From: Spironucleus salmonicida
Taxonomy: Eukaryota
Direction: 5' to 3'
DNA: 64,000 nucleotides
Assembly: GCF_000497125.1 (NCBI RefSeq)
Contig: NC_090599.1
Location: forward strand, 1,054,001-1,118,000
Shown: positions 13,983 through 27,781 of the stretch, one piece after another
How the letters are laid out: the number at the start of each line of letters is the position of its first letter
Position numbering within the stretch: position 1 is the stretch's first letter
Notes under the pieces: generated by a model
Told to the model about the DNA's origin: nothing
Seen by the model: only the letters and a program-made list of their open reading frames with translations
Database searches by the model: none
Program-made: the position numbers and the translations under genes

Positions 13983-14621
13983 TTTTTGGTTAATTTGTGT
14001 TCAACCTTTATTTGTAACTTATACAAATATGTTGCATAATTATTACTGGAAATTATGATAAATACGTTCAACTGTTTATTAGATTCATAATAAAATATTT
14101 TTACTGAAAACATGTTTATAACAAAAGAAATAAAATATAAATTTTATCAGATTTAGTTATACTATAGTTTTTTTACTGGATAGAATCTGATAATTTGTTT
14201 AATAAAAAATTCTATATGTAATCATTTCGAATATAATATATCAAAAAAGTAGGTAGTTAACAAATTACACAGATTAATACTAGAAAAGGTAATAAACGGC
14301 GATAATAACTCTAAATATAAGATTAATAATATTATTTAGTAGAAATTGGATTTTAAAAATTAGAAATTATTCTATATAATAAATTCCGAATGTAATCAGC
14401 TCTTAATTTCTTACATATTTTTAAGAAACTGTATTCCATTCGTTACTCTATGTAATACTATGGAATTATACTAAAGATTAAATACAATTTATTTCTGTAG
14501 TATTATTTTATTTATTAAGATAATATAAGAATTATTATTATTATTAAAACACAAATTAAGTTACTAATATATGAATAAAATTTAATATTATACATTGCCC
14601 TGATTAAATCATTCTTAATAA

Positions 14622-14813
14622 ATGAAAAGAAATTTATCAAAACTTGGAAATGCTAGTAATAGCTTTTCCAGATCATATCAAGGTGAAGATGAAAATTTCA
14701 TGGAAGTAACTACACCTCCATCAAAATCTAAGGGAATCAAGGGCTTTGGGAAACATAAAGAAAAACCTGCTGGATTCTCTTAATAGCGCAATGAAGATCT
14801 TTTGTTTGAATGA
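14622..14813 (+). CDS. Small hypothetical protein, 63 aa
   Basis: MKRNLSKLGNASNSFSRSY...DLLFE*; open frame standing out from very AT-rich flanks. Confidence 0.4.
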
Positions 14814-14952
14814 CATATATTGATATCACTTAATGTTATTTAAACATTAGTAATTGTTTCTAAAACTGGTAGCAATTTCATTCAATCTTATTTAAAATTT
14901 TCTAATTATTATATAGGTTTATATATATTCCCTTTCCTATACGCCATTCCAA

Positions 14953-15771
14953 ATGTTGAAAATAACCTCTGTATACGGTATCGGGTAAGCAGAAGATCAA
15001 AATCCTCGTTGGCGCAAAACAATGGAAGATGCAACAGTTATGGTTGATCGGTTTGGTAATGCCCCAACGACAGGATACTTTGCTGTCTATGATGGTCACG
15101 GTGGGCCCGAGGCAGCTAGAACTGCTGCTGAGTCTGTACATAAGATTTTAGCTGAAGAAGCTGCTAAATAATAACCCTAAGAGGTATTGGATTTTGATAC
15201 ACTTGATTTTGCACTAGCTGCAAATAATGCCATTCAACGTGCAGACTAACTATAGAAGCAGAGGGGTCATGTTTATGTTGGGTGCACGGCATGCTGCCTA
15301 GTAGTAAGTAAATTAAAATATCTGATCATGAACGTAGGGGATTCTAGAAGTGTGCTTAGCAGACGGGGATAGGCGATACGACTTAGTAAAGACCATAAAG
15401 CAACGGATGCTGAAGAACAAGAGAGAATCAAGAAAGCAGGAGGTGCGGTAGTAGGTGGTCGTGTTAACGGGTTCATCAGTGTGAGCAGGGCCCTTGGAGA
15501 TCACTGCATCAAGCAGCTTGTTATCAGCGACCCCCAAGTAGCAGATGTCGCAAGAGATCCTACTGATTAATTTGTTATCGTAGGGTGTGATGGTGTCTGG
15601 GACGTGCTGAGTGATCAGTAAGCAGTAGAAATCTGCCTCAAAGTACTGAAGGACACCCAGAGCCCATAAAGGGCAGCCGCGGAGCTAAAGAACGCAGCAT
15701 TGAGAGCGAACACGCAGGATAACGTAAGCGTACTGGTTTTAGTGCTGAAGGACCCACAGCAGTTTGAGTGA
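14953..15771 (+). CDS. Protein phosphatase 2C (PPM family), 272 aa
   Basis: MED, YDGHGG, NVGDSR, DHK, SRALGD, GCDGVWD, DN motifs; ends GAGTGA. Confidence 0.95.
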
Positions 15772-15994
15772 TCTTTATGATAGGAAGCGAGGATTTGAAG
15801 GAGAAGATCACTACCGTACCACCCCATTCAGCGCTTTAAGATTTAGTAAAAGCTAAGAACCGTGGCCTCTGGGACATACGCGATTTACGTTGATCTTCTA
15901 GCCTGAGGGGAAACAGGATTTAAGGCAACCCATGCGCAGTCCCAGTAGTGAATTTTCCGTACAGCTCACGTTCCAGTTCTAAATTTGCCTTAAT

Positions 15995-16504
15995 TTTGCG
16001 CGAGCTTGAAGGCGGTTAGAGCCGCTTCTGCGGCGCCTGCTCGTTCGGTTTGGCGGGCGAAATTTCTGCAGGAAGGAGCGGTGTAAGGAGCGTGCAAGAG
16101 GTGATATAACCAATTTTGGGCCGAACTGAAGGGGGTTCTTGCGGTGCGGGGGGACAGGCGGAGCGGGACCCGTGGAATTGGTTCTCCGCCCTCCGTGTAA
16201 TAGTTTATCTGCAGTAGAGGCGCCAGGAGTGCTATTCGGCGGCAATTCTTATTGCCGGCATGGTCCCGTCCTGCCCTTTCCAGCCTACCACTCCTAAATG
16301 TCAATCCAGGCCTCACAGGCAGCCATCCAGCAGGCCGTGCACGAGCACCTGCTGCGCGCTGGGGAGAGCGTCCAGCACGGCACGAACGACCTGCGCCAGG
16401 TCGAGGTGCAGGAAATCGTGGCGAGGGCCCTCAAGGCCAAGGTTGCCGCGGTCTCTGGTCCGAAGGGGAAGGCCACCCGGTCCATCCTGCAGCATAACAT
16501 CGCC
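15995..16504. repeat. Inverted repeat IR0 right arm
   Basis: Reverse complement of 1-510. Confidence 0.9.
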
Positions 16505-16600
16505 AGGAACGGCGGCGTGATCGTCCCGAGCGTGGACATGGCCCAGTACAGGGCGCGGGTGCGCGGCACCATCCAGGCCCTCGCGGCGCTGGGCCAGTGA
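16298..16600 (+). CDS. Hypothetical protein, 100 aa (GC-rich)
   Basis: CCACTCCTAA before ATG, high GC at third positions, ends CAGTGA. Confidence 0.7.
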   Translation: MSIQASQAAIQQAVHEHLLRAGESVQHGTNDLRQVEVQEIVARALKAKVAAVSGPKGKATRSILQHNIARNGGVIVPSVDMAQYRARVRGTIQALAALGQ

Positions 16601-17033
16601 GCGGTGCGCCTTCCCTCCACTCTTTTACTGCCTCTTCTTCCTTCACTGCACTCCTTATTGTATTCACTTCCTTCCTCCCTCCCTCCCTTCGCCGGTCAAC
16701 CCAGGCGCACCGCCCTAGTCGAACCGGAAACTGCTGTAAACTTCGTTTTCGGTTTCGGAGTGATTTCAATTCCGCGAATGGGGCCGGTGCCTTGCTAGTC
16801 CCCCAACATCTACAGTGCGGGCTCTGCCTCGACCAGGCCCATTCGCCGAAATATCCCACTACGGGAGCGGCCGATCTGAAACCTCCCTAATACACATAGA
16901 ATACCAGATTTTTGCGCGTACTTGAACGTCAGAAATTGGCGATATCCCTATTCTAGCCACTTAGTTTCCACATTACAATCACTGACTCTACCACCGTCCG
17001 GAAATAGCTTCCTGGGCCTCCGCCACTCCCCAA

Positions 17034-17309
17034 ATGCCGAAAGACGTATGGTCCTTCGACAAAATCCAGGAACTCGCCGACGCGGTAGCGGCCTACGGCG
17101 CCGACTTCGACCGGATTAGCAGCAAGGTCCTCCGCGGCATGACCAAGCGGCAGCTGCGCAACGCGTACTACAAGCTGCGCCGCGAGGACCCCCTGCTCTT
17201 CGCGGCGCCGCCCGCCCTGGCCAAGGCGCCGGTCCTGCTGTGGCCCATGAGCGAGGCCGACTCGGACCTCGCGCTGGAGCTGTTCGACGCCGACCTGTTT
17301 TGGGAGTGA
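17034..17309 (+). CDS. Myb/SANT-domain protein, 91 aa (copy 1)
   Basis: WSFDKIQELADAVAAYGADFDRIS...TKRQLRNAYY; CCACTCCCCAA upstream; ends GAGTGA. Confidence 0.85.
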   Translation: MPKDVWSFDKIQELADAVAAYGADFDRISSKVLRGMTKRQLRNAYYKLRREDPLLFAAPPALAKAPVLLWPMSEADSDLALELFDADLFWE

Positions 17310-17425
17310 GCTATTTCGTCAGACGCCCGCGCCCGGCTGGCACTACCGCCGCGGTCGCCTCCCGCATTCCGGCGCGCGGGGTGAACTATATATGCTGGGC
17401 ATAATATTCGCGGGAGCCCGCCGGA

Positions 17426-17758
17426 ATGGAACTCTCGCTCCACCAGTTCCGGCGCCTCGTGCGCGTGCAGGTGGGGGACCGCGTGTGGGTCTTCAGCGTG
17501 CAGAACTCCAACCCGCTGCGCGTCCAGCTCTTCGGGCTGCTGGTGCTCTCCCAGGCCGTGGCGTGCTAGGCCGCACAGGCGCTCGAGGTGAAGACGTCCT
17601 CCCACACCCTGTTCCGGCTCCGCGGCACGAGGCGGAACCAGGACATCATCACCCGCATGGGGGACTTCTACCACCGCGTCGTCTTCCGGTACCAGCCGCG
17701 GCCGGACTTCCAGCACGCGGCGGCGGCGACCATCCTGGACCTCCGGCAGGAGCTGTGA
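17426..17758 (+). CDS. Hypothetical protein, 110 aa (copy 1)
   Basis: MELSLHQFRRLVRVQ...LDLRQEL*, one TAG=Gln; high GC3; absent from the ORF track. Confidence 0.7.
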
Positions 17759-18754
17759 CAGAACGGTATCCGGGGTGGAGCTGCCTGGCCGGTCTGGATG
17801 CTGGGGCGGAGTCGTTGGACACGCGGCTGCCCAGAGTCCCCCATCCAGGGCCAGCGGAGAGGCCAGGCGTGTCCCCCACAATAGGGTAAATGAGGGCCAG
17901 GCCTGGGCGATTTGCAGAACTCAGCCAATGCAGGGCTGGTGGGAAGCCATATCGTCAAAGTGGGCAATAAATGTTAATTATGCGCAAGCATTAGTATTTA
18001 GTATATATTGCGATCCCAACTTGTGATAAACCTCTACAGCTTGTTAAGTGTCTAGCATCTAAAATATATAGACGATACAATATATTTATTGACTTTGCCA
18101 TCCAATACAATTACTTCGATAATTGTTGGCATCCAGTCATTCCATTCAGCTTAATCGAAGCGTGGCTAGAAAGCTGACTATCGTAAATTAAACTTTTGGT
18201 CTAAGGAAGGCGAACTCAGCAGAATAAATACGATATACCTAAAATAATTCTGAGTGTACACCTCTATAAAATTATAATAAAATGTATATTCTATAACATA
18301 TAATTCTAAATATTTTACATTAAGTTGGTAACTTGTCTCGAATGGTATTTTATGGCGGCTGAAAATTTATCTAAAAGCTTGCCCATTTCTCAATCCCTAA
18401 CCTGCGGATAGCAATCGAAACAAGTTTTTTCGAAGCTGGGATACATGCAAAATTACTTCTCTCACTTCAGATTATTAATTAGTGTTTCTGAAGAGTATCA
18501 GCTGATAGGAAGGCGTCTTCTATCTGTGTGCAAAACTATACCTGGCGATGTGGCAACCTAGCAGGACTGGCACGCTTGCTGCTAGTCGCAAAGCGTAATT
18601 GCTTCGGGATAACATGGCATGATCGTACTGTTTTGCGCTAGGGTGCCAGCCTCACCCTGGGCGGCCTTCTTGCCTCAATCTTGGAAAGCAGGTTGTCAGC
18701 TATGTGCCAGGTTACCTAGCTTTACAGCTTCCCGTAGATGCCTATCAGCAAAAT

Positions 18755-18837
18755 TACCAACTGTGGGGCTTGAACCCACGCGGACTGACGCCCATGAGAT
18801 CTTAAGTCACACGCCTTAACCACTCGGCCAAGTTGGT
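18755..18837 (-). tRNA. tRNA-Leu(TAA)
   Basis: Inverted copy of 21601-21683. Confidence 0.9.
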
Positions 18838-19204
18838 ATGGTAGCTGTATAGCAGTAGCCTGGCCCACTGGACTGTCTCTCCCCGGACTGAGCGGCAGGG
18901 CCCGCCACTAGGGTATATCGATTGGTAAATGCCACGGCAATAGTACTGTGCGCGAACTTCAGAGGCAGCTATTCAGCTGCAGTCCAGGATGCCTAGAATG
19001 GCATCCGGTGTTAGCAATGCGGTTAAACTCCTGCGTCTGTAGTGACACCTGTGAATTCCTAGTGCGCGCATCCTCGATAGCACGGGTAGGGGCATTAAGC
19101 ATATATGCGATAAGTGATTTAATCAGTCGGAATTTATGAGAGTGGTTGTCCAGGGTTGGACTCTGCCGTTGAACGGTCCCTGGCACCACTAGAAAATAAA
19201 AATT

Positions 19205-19276
19205 CTCCCAAACCGGGAATCGAACCCGGATCTCCTGGGTGAAAACCAGAAATGCTAACCGTTATACCATTTGGGA
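19205..19276 (-). tRNA. tRNA-Glu(TTC)
   Basis: Same sequence as 11071-11142. Confidence 0.95.
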
Positions 19277-19414
19277 ATAAATATGTTATATAGATATTTT
19301 AATACGATATATAATTAAATAATATGAAAAATAGTAGCAGGCTGTGTTATGGTGTAGACGAACTGATGAACTGTCAAATTTAAACTAAGACAAACGTATT
19401 CTCACTAACAGACC

Positions 19415-20917
<1,503 letters not shown>

Positions 20918-21161
20918 TTTTAAAATGTGGAATGGAATAAACACCAATTTATATATTATTAATGCTAAGTATTATTGAAAATTACTTCTAGTTAAATACT
21001 ATTCTTTTTCCCATAAAATGTGAGGTCTGTTAGTGAGAATACGTTTGTCTTAGTTTAAATTTGACAGTTCATCAGTTCGTCTACACCATAACACAGCCTG
21101 CTACTATTTTTCATATTATTTAATTATATATCGTATTAAAATATCTATATAACATATTTAT

Positions 21162-21233
21162 TCCCAAATGGTATAACGGTTAGCATTTCTGGTTTTCACC
21201 CAGGAGATCCGGGTTCGATTCCCGGTTTGGGAG
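21162..21233 (+). tRNA. tRNA-Glu(TTC)
   Basis: Cloverleaf, anticodon TTC, followed by TTTTT. Confidence 0.95.
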
Positions 21234-21600
21234 AATTTTTATTTTCTAGTGGTGCCAGGGACCGTTCAACGGCAGAGTCCAACCCTGGACAACCACTCTC
21301 ATAAATTCCGACTGATTAAATCACTTATCGCATATATGCTTAATGCCCCTACCCGTGCTATCGAGGATGCGCGCACTAGGAATTCACAGGTGTCACTACA
21401 GACGCAGGAGTTTAACCGCATTGCTAACACCGGATGCCATTCTAGGCATCCTGGACTGCAGCTGAATAGCTGCCTCTGAAGTTCGCGCACAGTACTATTG
21501 CCGTGGCATTTACCAATCGATATACCCTAGTGGCGGGCCCTGCCGCTCAGTCCGGGGAGAGACAGTCCAGTGGGCCAGGCTACTGCTATACAGCTACCAT

Positions 21601-21683
21601 ACCAACTTGGCCGAGTGGTTAAGGCGTGTGACTTAAGATCTCATGGGCGTCAGTCCGCGTGGGTTCAAGCCCCACAGTTGGTA
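21601..21683 (+). tRNA. tRNA-Leu(TAA)
   Basis: ACCAACT..AGTTGGT acceptor stem, TGGCCGAGTGG D-arm, CT-TAA-GA loop, long variable arm, GGTTCAAG. Confidence 0.9.
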
Positions 21684-22679
21684 ATTTTGCTGATAGGCAT
21701 CTACGGGAAGCTGTAAAGCTAGGTAACCTGGCACATAGCTGACAACCTGCTTTCCAAGATTGAGGCAAGAAGGCCGCCCAGGGTGAGGCTGGCACCCTAG
21801 CGCAAAACAGTACGATCATGCCATGTTATCCCGAAGCAATTACGCTTTGCGACTAGCAGCAAGCGTGCCAGTCCTGCTAGGTTGCCACATCGCCAGGTAT
21901 AGTTTTGCACACAGATAGAAGACGCCTTCCTATCAGCTGATACTCTTCAGAAACACTAATTAATAATCTGAAGTGAGAGAAGTAATTTTGCATGTATCCC
22001 AGCTTCGAAAAAACTTGTTTCGATTGCTATCCGCAGGTTAGGGATTGAGAAATGGGCAAGCTTTTAGATAAATTTTCAGCCGCCATAAAATACCATTCGA
22101 GACAAGTTAGCAACTTAATGTAAAATATTTAGAATTATATGTTATAGAATATACATTTTATTATAATTTTATAGAGGTGTACACTCAGAATTATTTTAGG
22201 TATATCGTATTTATTCTGCTGAGTTCGCCTTCCTTAGACCAAAAGTTTAATTTACGATAGTCAGCTTTCTAGCCACGCTTCGATTAAGCTGAATGGAATG
22301 ACTGGATGCCAACAATTATCGAAGTAATTGTATTGGATGGCAAAGTCAATAAATATATTGTATCGTCTATATATTTTAGATGCTAGACACTTAACAAGCT
22401 GTAGAGGTTTATCACAAGTTGGGATCGCAATATATACTAAATACTAATGCTTGCGCATAATTAACATTTATTGCCCACTTTGACGATATGGCTTCCCACC
22501 AGCCCTGCATTGGCTGAGTTCTGCAAATCGCCCAGGCCTGGCCCTCATTTACCCTATTGTGGGGGACACGCCTGGCCTCTCCGCTGGCCCTGGATGGGGG
22601 ACTCTGGGCAGCCGCGTGTCCAACGACTCCGCCCCAGCATCCAGACCGGCCAGGCAGCTCCACCCCGGATACCGTTCTG

Positions 22680-23012
22680 TCACAGCTCCTGCCGGAGGTC
22701 CAGGATGGTCGCCGCCGCCGCGTGCTGGAAGTCCGGCCGCGGCTGGTACCGGAAGACGACGCGGTGGTAGAAGTCCCCCATGCGGGTGATGATGTCCTGG
22801 TTCCGCCTCGTGCCGCGGAGCCGGAACAGGGTGTGGGAGGACGTCTTCACCTCGAGCGCCTGTGCGGCCTAGCACGCCACGGCCTGGGAGAGCACCAGCA
22901 GCCCGAAGAGCTGGACGCGCAGCGGGTTGGAGTTCTGCACGCTGAAGACCCACACGCGGTCCCCCACCTGCACGCGCACGAGGCGCCGGAACTGGTGGAG
23001 CGAGAGTTCCAT
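22680..23012 (-). CDS. Hypothetical protein, 110 aa (copy 2)
   Basis: Inverted copy of 17426-17758. Confidence 0.7.
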
Positions 23013-23128
23013 TCCGGCGGGCTCCCGCGAATATTATGCCCAGCATATATAGTTCACCCCGCGCGGCGGAATGCGGGAGGCGACCGCGGCGGTAGTGCCA
23101 GCCGGGCGCGGGCGTCTGACGAAATAGC

Positions 23129-23404
23129 TCACTCCCAAAACAGGTCGGCGTCGAACAGCTCCAGCGCGAGGTCCGAGTCGGCCTCGCTCATGGGCCACAG
23201 CAGGACCGGCGCCTTGGCCAGGGCGGGCGGCGCCGCGAAGAGCAGGGGGTCCTCGCGGCGCAGCTTGTAGTACGCGTTGCGCAGCTGCCGCTTGGTCATG
23301 CCGCGGAGGACCTTGCTGCTAATCCGGTCGAAGTCGGCGCCGTAGGCCGCTACCGCGTCGGCGAGTTCCTGGATTTTGTCGAAGGACCATACGTCTTTCG
23401 GCAT
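23129..23404 (-). CDS. Myb/SANT-domain protein (copy 2)
   Basis: Identical protein to 17034-17309. Confidence 0.85.
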   Translation of the reverse strand: MPKDVWSFDKIQELADAVAAYGADFDRISSKVLRGMTKRQLRNAYYKLRREDPLLFAAPPALAKAPVLLWPMSEADSDLALELFDADLFWE

Positions 23405-23837
23405 TTGGGGAGTGGCGGAGGCCCAGGAAGCTATTTCCGGACGGTGGTAGAGTCAGTGATTGTAATGTGGAAACTAAGTGGCTAGAATAGGGATATCGCC
23501 AATTTCTGACGTTCAAGTACGCGCAAAAATCTGGTATTCTATGTGTATTAGGGAGGTTTCAGATCGGCCGCTCCCGTAGTGGGATATTTCGGCGAATGGG
23601 CCTGGTCGAGGCAGAGCCCGCACTGTAGATGTTGGGGGACTAGCAAGGCACCGGCCCCATTCGCGGAATTGAAATCACTCCGAAACCGAAAACGAAGTTT
23701 ACAGCAGTTTCCGGTTCGACTAGGGCGGTGCGCCTGGGTTGACCGGCGAAGGGAGGGAGGGAGGAAGGAAGTGAATACAATAAGGAGTGCAGTGAAGGAA
23801 GAAGAGGCAGTAAAAGAGTGGAGGGAAGGCGCACCGC

Positions 23838-23909
23838 TCACTGGCCCAGCGCCGCGAGGGCCTGGATGGTGCCGCGCACCCGCGCCCTGTACTGGGTGGA
23901 CCGGGCGGC
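23838..23909 (-). pseudogene. 3' remnant of the 16298-16600 gene
   Basis: Last ~20 codons only, next to tRNA-Lys. Confidence 0.7.
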
Positions 23910-23938
23910 CCAGCGTGTCAACGGTGCCGCCGAAAAAG

Positions 23939-24010
23939 TACCGACGACGGGGATCGAACCCGCGACCATTGGATTAAAAGTCCAATGCTCTACCGCTGAG
24001 CTACGACGGC
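23939..24010 (-). tRNA. tRNA-Lys(TTT)
   Basis: Inverted copy of 29000-29071. Confidence 0.95.
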
Positions 24011-24055
24011 CTGTTTAAACACCACCGAGGGGGCCTCCGAGCGCATCCGCTCCAA

Positions 24056-24703
24056 ATGTCTTATCTCAGTGACATGTACGAGCCGCTGTACTACTCGATC
24101 CGCAAGATGCTCCAGCAGAGCGCTGCCCAGGTAGCCCTGCTGCAGCAGACCTTCCTGAAGGTCCAGGCCCTGGAGATCCACAGCAAGCCACTCGACGACC
24201 TCAACGTCACCGCCACCAACGCGCTCTACGTTGCCCTCGAGGCCCTCAAGGCGCCCGCAGACGAGCTGGAGCGCGAGATGCTTACTCACGTCGCGGTGTT
24301 TAAGCGCCTCGTGGGGGACTACGACCGGGCCGCGAAGCTGCAGAGCAAGGGCAAGGGCGGCAGCGCCCCCACGCAGCAGATGGATGGCATCAAGACCACG
24401 CTATAGGCAGAGCTCAGCCGCTTCATCGGGCTCGAGGGCCGCGTGCGGAAGCACTGCCAGCGGCTGTACCTCATCTTCGACCTCCGCGTGCTGAGCACCC
24501 CGGTAGCGTTCCACCCTAGCTGCCAGAAGACTGGCAGGACGCCACCCGCTGTGGTCCCGAGCTTCCTGGCCCCTGAGCAGCTCGCGGAGCACGCCCACTA
24601 TGTGAGCCCCGGCTGCGTCGAGAGCAGCCAGCCGTGCGCGCCCGAGCCGGATGTAACCTCGCTCGCGTCGGAGACGCGATCCGGGGACTACTACGACTGG
24701 TGA
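24056..24703 (+). CDS. Hypothetical protein, 215 aa
   Basis: ORFs 24056 and 24443 joined through TAG=Gln; CCGCTCCAA upstream. Confidence 0.8.
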
Positions 24704-24718
24704 TTCTTGAAATCTCAC

Positions 24719-25987
24719 TCACTGCCGGTCCTCGCAGTTCTCGCTCAGCAGCTCGAGCCCCTCCATCTTATGCGTCCCGCTCTCGCTCTTATCCACCACG
24801 TCGCCCCAGAACTCGTCCGAGTGCAGTGGCTTCTCGCTCATGGCCCGCACGATGTCGCTCACCGCCAGGTTGTAGCCGATCTCGAGCCCGAAGTCAAAGT
24901 TGGCCGCCACCAGCCCCTGGAGGCGCACCCGGAGGTCCTACTGCTCCACCGCCAGCTTGCCGTTACGCTTCTTCAACACTTCGCTATGGCCGTGGATCTC
25001 ATCGAGCTTCTCCTCGTTTTCGGCCAGGAACTCCGCTAAGAACTGGTTCCCCTGCTTGATCTGCGTGTACACGCCCTCCAGCTTCGCCAGCTAGGCTTCG
25101 TTCTCCACCGCCGCGGTTATGGCCGTCTTGGCGACCTGGACGCTCTGCGAGAGCTTCCTCAGCTCCTCGAACTCGATGCTGCCCGTGAGCCCCTAGATGC
25201 TCTTCACGTACGCCGTGATCTTGTCAGTTACCGACAGAATCTGGTCAGAAATCTGACCGCAGCTCGCCTTCGTCAGGTTCTGAATTTAGTCGAAATTTAC
25301 GCTTGGCGGCGTCACCAACTGGCTGTGGAGGCTCTCAAAGCCCTGCTACGTGGATTTGGCCAGCTCGGTTAGCTATTTTTTGAGGTTCGTCGCCTGCTGC
25401 CTGCTCACGATGAAGCTGAGCCCCGGGTCGTTGTCCTGCAGCTCCTACAGCAGGTAGTTGATAGCCATCTGTTGCTTCGAGGCTGATTCCAGCTCCTATT
25501 CACCCAACTGGTTCTCCTGAATTGGCAGCAGAATCGAAGTGGGGGACGACTTCGAAGTCGCCAAATTGTGCTGTTTCGGGGGTAGCGGGTTGCTCTGGTC
25601 CCAGAACTGGTTATCGGTCTGCTGCGTCTGTAGGTTCATCAGCGACGCGGAAGGGATGGTCGACATTGTCTTCAGGCGCACGAGCGGGAAGGTTTGGAGG
25701 GAAAAAACCTGCACGCTTATCTGTTCTTCGGTCAGATTGAGAATTGGAAAATTTTGCTGGGCTGCGAGAAGACGCAACATTTTGGCAAAGTCTAAGATCG
25801 TAAACTGCGCTTGAGCCTTGAAAAATTTCGTGAAAACGCTTTTCATTGTATCCATTGATAAGTCGACTGTCAGCATGAACTATTTAGCCTGCTATGGTGT
25901 AAGATGAAGCTGTAGTGAGTTTTTTGTTAGTATTTGAAACTATTGTTGAGCTAGATTTATCTCTTCTGCCGTGAAATGAATTTCCAT
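24719..25987 (-). CDS. Coiled-coil protein with possible divergent N-terminal EH domain, 422 aa
   Basis: Open in code 6; FTAEE..QQQF..L..LTPQQAKQFML...DFAKMLRLLA resembles the EH pattern by eye; DDF motif; ends CAGTGA. Confidence 0.7.
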
Positions 25988-26098
25988 TATTAAGAAGAGG
26001 ATGTGGAGCGGTATTATTTGAATAATTAAATGAACTTTAATGTGATAATAGCTAATTTAAAATGAGTACCATTTGTTTAGTAAAAATTCAATATTAGA

Positions 26099-26614
26099 TC
26101 ACTTAGCGGCAAGCTTCTTCTGGTAAAAAGCGAGTTCAGCACCTTCGAGGATATAACCATCAGCTCTACCCTATTGGCCAGGTCTGGAAGTGATTTTGGC
26201 GAGAACCTTACCAGTTTTAACCTAGGTAGCAGTCTCGCTTTCGATACCAGTAACAGCGGCAAAAGGAGCAGCATCAATATAAACAATGCAAGACTTGACG
26301 AGAGTGTTAGTACGGACAAGTTCGTTAGAGGTAGAGTTGTAGCAAACAGAAAGGATACGTGTTACTGAACCCTTCTTAGCAGAGTGCCAGATGAAGTTAC
26401 CGGTTTCTAATCTAAGAGCTCTTCTCTTGATGCTTCCACCACGGACACGGACAGAGGTGACTTTCTTACCTTGCTGCTTGGTCTTGGAAGAACGAACAAC
26501 GAGCTTAGTCATAGAAGGCTAACGACCACCCATATATAATCTCTTCTTGTGATAGATAGAAGGGGCTGCGCCAGTTGCTTTACGCTTATGCATAGTGTCA
26601 CGAGAAATACCCAT
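26099..26614 (-). CDS. RPS8: 40S ribosomal protein S8 (eS8)
   Basis: [44 protein letters not shown]. Confidence 0.97.
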
Positions 26615-26618
26615 CGCG

Positions 26619-26629
26619 GTGGAGTGGAA
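26619..26629 (-). promoter_or_regulatory. TTCCACTCCAC motif upstream of RPS8
   Basis: 4 nt before ATG; identical 11-mer at RPL27A and RPL26. Confidence 0.7.
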
Positions 26630-26775
26630 AAGGTAAATAAATGTGGAAAGAAATACATTATAATATATATAAATAATATGTTATGTTAACTTTCAGAACA
26701 ATCCAGTGTGGATGAATCGTAAAATTGTTTATATAGAACTAACGAAGATAATAACCAAAACAAACCATAAAATCC

Positions 26776-27039
26776 TCACTCATCATCCAAATCATCAGAA
26801 ACCTAATCAGAGCTACTAAGTCTTACTTCATTATCAAATTCAGAACTTTCATTAGATACAACCTCTGCTTAAATAGTATCTGACATATACTCGTTATTTT
26901 AAGAATTGTTTTCATTTATTATTTTGTCCTCCACTAGCTCACCTTTTTTGAATTACATTTATTAAAATTCTCCCCATACTTTTTTGTAATTTATTGCGTG
27001 TAGTTATTAAATATTAATAAATTTCGTATATGCTTCCAT
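26776..27039 (-). CDS. Small acidic hypothetical protein, 87 aa
   Basis: MEAYTKFINI...SDDLDDE*; ends GAGTGA. Confidence 0.5.
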
Positions 27040-27158
27040 TAATTAAGGGGTATGGTATTAGGCTGCGTTTGGTATCTATAATTCCCTAGGGGGGAATAAA
27101 TTACTCTTCATTATTTAAAGAAAAGAAATATTAAAATATTATATATCAATATTAAACA

Positions 27159-27608
27159 TCACTGAACGAGGACGGCAACACCACCACATTCTTTAATCTT
27201 CTTCTCGGCTTTTTCGGTGAAAGAACGAGCTTTGATGATGACGGGACAGTTAGGGAGAGCACCACAACCACGAACACCGAAATAACCGAACTAAGTGACG
27301 TCGATAACGGGGGCTTTGTTGGCATCCTTAGACTTCAAGAAGGAGTCCTACTGCGCTTCAGGAATAAGAGCCCAGAGGCAACCTGTATTAACGAATTCAA
27401 GATTCTCCATAGCTTGGTTTCTATGATAGTTACGCATACCAAGCTTACCAAAGTGGGCTGGGTGATACTTAGTATAATTTATACGTCTGTGGTGTTCACC
27501 ACCAGCATTACCACGGCCACCAGCATGCTTCAGATGGTTACCACGGCGACCATAACCTTATTTAGCATGACCACGGTGTTTACGAGAGGAATAGTTACGG
27601 GTAGGCAT
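27159..27608 (-). CDS. RPL27A: 60S ribosomal protein L27a (uL15)
   Basis: [41 protein letters not shown]. Confidence 0.97.
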
Positions 27609-27615
27609 TCCAAAC

Positions 27616-27626
27616 GTGGAGTGGAA
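27616..27626 (-). promoter_or_regulatory. TTCCACTCCAC motif upstream of RPL27A
   Basis: 7 nt before ATG. Confidence 0.7.
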
Positions 27627-27781
27627 ATGCTATTTTAAAACGATAAAAATAATGATTATTATTTTATATATAGCTTATTTTTATGGTGAGACAAAATGAA
27701 AAAAATAATGGCCACGATACTATAGGATGTTAAAGTAAACTACTGATCAAGTTTAAAATTAAATTTATATTTTTAGATATT

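Larger units (their letters stand above)
21018..23896. repeat. Inverted repeat IR1 right arm
   Basis: Reverse complement of 16542-19420. Confidence 0.95.
22542..25225. repeat. Inverted repeat IR2 left arm (overlaps IR1 right arm)
   Basis: Reverse complement of 27785-30504 (sum 53010, plus a 36-bp indel). Confidence 0.95.

Noticed and set aside
16298-17900. Bacterial HGT or contamination as the source of GC-rich DNA
   Set aside because: The GC genes use TAG=Gln, carry the host upstream motif and AGTGA stops, encode Myb domains and are contiguous in frame with AT-rich host sequence
18755-18837. TAA-anticodon tRNA as the Gln suppressor tRNA
   Set aside because: Anticodon TAA reads TTA (Leu) and it has a long variable arm; reading UAA would need anticodon TTA
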